DNA of 64,000 nucleotides from Candidatus Saccharibacteria bacterium UBA5145 (lineage in GTDB: Bacteria; Patescibacteriota; Saccharimonadia; Saccharimonadales; UBA4665), in contig DHXX01000012.1 in assembly GCA_002413865.1 (NCBI GenBank), positions 20,241-84,240 of the forward strand. The letters are read 5' to 3'. Below are positions 59,075 through 64,000 of the stretch, in pieces. Position 1 is the stretch's first letter; each line of letters begins with the position of its first letter. The position numbers and the translations under genes were made by a program. The notes under the pieces were generated by a model. The model was not told where the DNA came from and did no database searches. It saw only the letters and a program-made list of their open reading frames with translations.

Positions 59075-60103
59075 TTAGGGTTTGCCGCTGGCGTAGCCGT
59101 CGGGGTTCTGTGATTGCCAACGCCAGGCGTCGCGGCAGGCGTCTTGGATTGTTAGTTCGGCCTGCCAGCCGAGTTCGGCACGAGCGAGCGCCGGGTCGGC
59201 GTAACAACTGGCGATATCGCCGGGGCGGCGGGCGACTATTTCGTAGGCAATTTCCTTGCCGGAAGCCATCTTAAAGGCAGTTATCATTTCTAAGACCGAA
59301 GTACCTTGCCCGGTGCCGATATTGTAGGCTTTGTAGACATTGGGGTGATCGAGATGGGCCAGGGCGGCGACGTGGGCCCGGGCCAAGTCGACGACGTGGA
59401 TGTAATCGCGGACGCCGGTGCCGTCGGGGGTGGCGTAATCGTCGCCGTAAACCCGCAGCCGCTTAAGCTTGCCGACGGCCACTTGGCTAATATAGGGCAC
59501 GAGGTTATTCGGCGGACCGTTGGGGTCTTCGCCGATGGTACCGGAGGCGTGGGCGCCGATCGGGTTGAAATAGCGGAGCGACGTGATGTTCCAATTTTCA
59601 TGGGTCTGGCTGACATCCTCGAGGATTTGCTCGATCATCAACTTGGTCTGGCCGTAGGGGTTGGTGGCCGATTTGCGGGCTGACTCGGTTATGGGCAGCA
59701 CCTCGGGGTCGCCGTAAACGGTGGCCGACGAGCTGAAGACTAGTTTAGTGACGGCAAACTGCTGCATGACTTCCAGTAGGGTGAGCGTTGATTCCAGATT
59801 ATTTTGGTAGTAGTAGAGGGCTTTGAGGCTTGATTCGCCAACCGCTTTCAGGCCGGCAAAGTGAATCACGGCGTCAAAGCTATGAGCTTTGAAGACCGCC
59901 TGCAACTGGGCGCTGTCGCGCACATCGAATTCGTGGAACTCGATGGTTTGGCCGGTAATCAACTCGACACGTTTTAACGACTCGACGCTGCTGTTGGCTA
60001 AATTATCGACCACTACTACCTCGTGGCCGCTGCTAAGTAGTTCGACGATGGTGTGCGAGCCGATATAGCCGGCACCGCCGGTAACTAGGATGGTTTGTTT
60101 CAT
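59075..60103 (-). CDS. galE: UDP-glucose 4-epimerase
   Basis: GGAGYIGSH, HFAGLKAVGES, SSSATVYG, LRYFNPIGAH, DGTGVRDYIHV. Confidence 0.97.
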   Translation of the reverse strand: MKQTILVTGGAGYIGSHTIVELLSSGHEVVVVDNLANSSVESLKRVELITGQTIEFHEFDVRDSAQLQAVFKAHSFDAVIHFAGLKAVGESSLKALYYYQNNLESTLTLLEVMQQFAVTKLVFSSSATVYGDPEVLPITESARKSATNPYGQTKLMIEQILEDVSQTHENWNITSLRYFNPIGAHASGTIGEDPNGPPNNLVPYISQVAVGKLKRLRVYGDDYATPDGTGVRDYIHVVDLARAHVAALAHLDHPNVYKAYNIGTGQGTSVLEMITAFKMASGKEIAYEIVARRPGDIASCYADPALARAELGWQAELTIQDACRDAWRWQSQNPDGYASGKP

Positions 60104-60136
60104 ACGTCTATTCTACCTGAGTCTCAAACTACTACT

Positions 60137-60341
60137 GTCATCCCAACGTTGTCAGCCCAAACCACCTTTCCCGTAATTGTCATTCTGAGCAAAGCGAAGA
60201 ATCTGAGCCGTGACTAGATGAGCTCAGATCCTTCGCCGTCGGCTCAGGATGACAGTGCACCTTGTCATCCCAAACTTGATTTGGGATCCAATCGATATAA
60301 AGATTCTTTATTGACTGGGTCCCAGCTTTCGCTGGGATGAC
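60137..60341. repeat. Family B pair followed by family A pair
   Basis: B pair 60179-60253, A pair 60264-60341. Confidence 0.9.
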
Positions 60342-60364
60342 GGGGAGGACAAAGGGGGCGGACG

Positions 60365-60538
60365 TTATCGAGTTTTAGGAACCAGCTTGTCGGTAGCGGC
60401 TTGAACCGAGGCGGTTTTAAGTTCGATAGCTAGGCGATTTAGCTCAAGCTTAGTCGTGATTTGATCGAATCGGGCGTTCATATTCTTAAACTCAGCCTGC
60501 AGATAGTTGAACAGTTTGGTATATTCGTCTTGGCTCAT
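60365..60538 (-). CDS. 57 aa coiled-coil-like small protein (not in ORF track), possibly truncated
   Basis: MSQDEYTKLFNYLQAEFKNMNARFDQITTKLELNRL...; TGGTACAAT 9 nt upstream. Confidence 0.55.
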   Translation of the reverse strand: MSQDEYTKLFNYLQAEFKNMNARFDQITTKLELNRLAIELKTASVQAATDKLVPKTR

Positions 60539-60613
60539 CGTAGATACATTGTACCACTGGTCAGTGGCCGACCAATGCTATTTTAACCTCAAGTTAAGGT
60601 TACCCCCACAGTT

Positions 60614-60772
60614 GTCATTCTGAGCGCGTGCGAAGAATCTGAGCCGTAGCTTTATGGGCTCAGATCCTTCACTCCGTTCAGGATGACAGGGGGGAGTGGG
60701 ATGACGACGGGGCGCTGGGATGACAATGCTGGGCGCTGGGATGACAATGCTGGGCGCTGGGATGACAATGCT
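60614..60772. repeat. Family B pair plus three tandem 21-mers of the family A arm end
   Basis: GGGCGCTGGGATGACAATGCT exact at 60710, 60731, 60752. Confidence 0.88.
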
Positions 60773-60805
60773 GGGGGCTGGGAGGACTGGGTCTTGGGGC
60801 TCGGG

Positions 60806-62632
<1,827 letters not shown>

Positions 62633-62728
62633 GCTTGTCTCCTTGCATTTAAGCCCGTTGTTGGGCAATAACCTATCGGTTTGAAACGATTGCTTGTCCG
62701 GATCTTAGTATACCAGCCGCTTGGGGGC

Positions 62729-62795
62729 TAGAAATTAGGAAATAGGAAAGAGTAGTAAGTGCCATGGTCGACCTAATCCCTAATCCCTAGTTACT
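62729..62795. repeat. Family D periodic inverted repeat
   Basis: TAGAAATTAGGAAATAGGAAA ... CCTAATCCCTAATCCCTAG. Confidence 0.65.
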
Positions 62796-62804
62796 TTTAG
62801 GTGC

Positions 62805-64000
62805 TCAGGGAATGATGAAGCGGCTGACGGCCTTTTGGGCTAGGGTGTTGAGGTTGGTTGAAAAAGTGTTGTCGGCCCAGCGCCAACCCGGCTGGTTGTA
62901 ATAGATAAACGTCAGGGCGCCGCCACCTTGCAAAAACAGCAGCAATACCACCGCCAAGAGGACGATTTTGGGGATGGGCTTGGCGGCCAGTAAGCGCTGC
63001 CAACCGAGCCCGAGCAGCAGGGCGACGGGTAGGATAACCGGGAAGAGGTAGCGGCTGTTGATGCCAAACTTTTGGCCGGTCTGCAGGTAGTCCAAGTAGT
63101 TACGCAGGAACAACACGGCCACATAAAAGACGGCGATACCGACCAGCAACCCGAGGGCCGGATAGCGCCGCAGCAATTGGCGGTGGTAGCGGATGACCGC
63201 CAGCGAGCCGACGATGAACACTACTAGGGCGGCAATCGTAATGCCGGGCAGCGGCGCGACGTTGACGTACATGGCGTCGGCGTGTGAGCCGCCGCTATTG
63301 CTGTAAAAAGCGTATTTGAACATGCGATAGCCCCAACCGGCGACGTAGCGGGCGGGGTCGGGGGTGGTGTTGTTGGTATTTTCGGCAATATAACTGCGCA
63401 ACCAGGTGCCGTTGGCCTTACAACGCTCGATGCTTAGGACGTTGCCACAAGGGGGAATCGGGTTGTGGTACTTAATGACATTGACGCCGTAAGCGTGGAC
63501 AAATAAACCGCTCGCCAAGACAATCAGACCGACGCTGGCTATGGTGTAGATTCGTTTGGTGGAGCGCCAGCTGTCCAGCAGGCCATTGCCAAATTGGGCG
63601 GGCGATCGATTGAGTCGATAAAATTTCCACAGCAAGAAACTAAAGTAGGTAATCATGGCCACCAATATTGGCAAGAACTCAAACTGGGCCAGGCTGGCCA
63701 ACAGGCCGACCGCTAGGGCTATCAACAGACGGCGGCTGTCGATTTGCTTGGTCGTAACGAAGCGCTCGCGAACTTGTAGCGTCAAAAGCAGGCCGAGGGC
63801 CGCTAACGGTAAAAGTAGGTTATCGTAATTAATCTGGGCCGCTAGGAAGGGTACGAGCGGCGTTAGCACGAAGAATAATAGTGTGACGTGGACGATGGCC
63901 GGTGACGCCTTGGTGGCGAGCAATAGCTTGCGGAACAGCACCAGCGCCACCGCAAACAGCAGAATGCCGACGATGCGCAGGCCGACGATCTCGATAAACT
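62805..64000 (-). CDS. GT-C/ArnT-like polytopic membrane protein, 5' end outside window
   Basis: Many TM helices, QINYDNLL, GINSRYLFP; frame appears open to the window edge. Confidence 0.65.
   Translation of the reverse strand, partial: FIEIVGLRIVGILLFAVALVLFRKLLLATKASPAIVHVTLLFFVLTPLVPFLAAQINYDNLLLPLAALGLLLTLQVRERFVTTKQIDSRRLLIALAVGLLASLAQFEFLPILVAMITYFSFLLWKFYRLNRSPAQFGNGLLDSWRSTKRIYTIASVGLIVLASGLFVHAYGVNVIKYHNPIPPCGNVLSIERCKANGTWLRSYIAENTNNTTPDPARYVAGWGYRMFKYAFYSNSGGSHADAMYVNVAPLPGITIAALVVFIVGSLAVIRYHRQLLRRYPALGLLVGIAVFYVAVLFLRNYLDYLQTGQKFGINSRYLFPVILPVALLLGLGWQRLLAAKPIPKIVLLAVVLLLFLQGGGALTFIYYNQPGWRWADNTFSTNLNTLAQKAVSRFIIP

Noticed and set aside
60710..60772. Three exact 21 bp repeats as a CRISPR array
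   Set aside because: No spacers, unit derives from the family A arm, no cas genes in the window
62633..62800. glmS ribozyme
   Set aside because: Leader is short and I could not recognise the conserved core; the region holds a promoter-like TGGTATACT and a family D repeat

Overview
Chromosomal origin region of what is most likely a Patescibacteria/CPR genome (Saccharimonadia/TM7-like). This is inferred from the six-pilin monoderm-type T4SS locus and the compact dnaA region; standard TGA stops are used. Left to right: two tRNA-Ser genes, comF-like and Hsp20 genes, six tandem VirB2/TrbC-like pilins divergent from a 12.6 kb T4SS-like operon (VirB6-like, PrgI/VirB3-like, VirB4, two predicted peptidoglycan-active proteins), recF-dnaN-oriC-dnaA, rpmH-rnpA-yidC-jag, then a ~38 kb surface-glycan region (wzm/wzt, GTs, GtrA flippases, GT-C-like proteins, rfbBCDA, manC-like, HAD-type PMM, galE, glmS). 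Most notable non-gene structure: (1) a family of GTCAT-tagged palindromic elements that look like internal deletions of a GIY-YIG nuclease cassette at 27869-28300; (2) 7-8 nt periodic inverted repeats, one pair enclosing a possible four-helix-bundle gene relic between dnaA and dnaN; (3) inverted and split copies of tRNA T-arms downstream of both tRNAs; (4) a complete 2.3 kb IS1595-type element carrying micro-protein passengers; (5) a fic cassette bracketed by a duplicated rfbA 3' end; (6) candidate leaderless uORFs coupled to glycan genes. All product calls are by eye from motifs; no searches were run.
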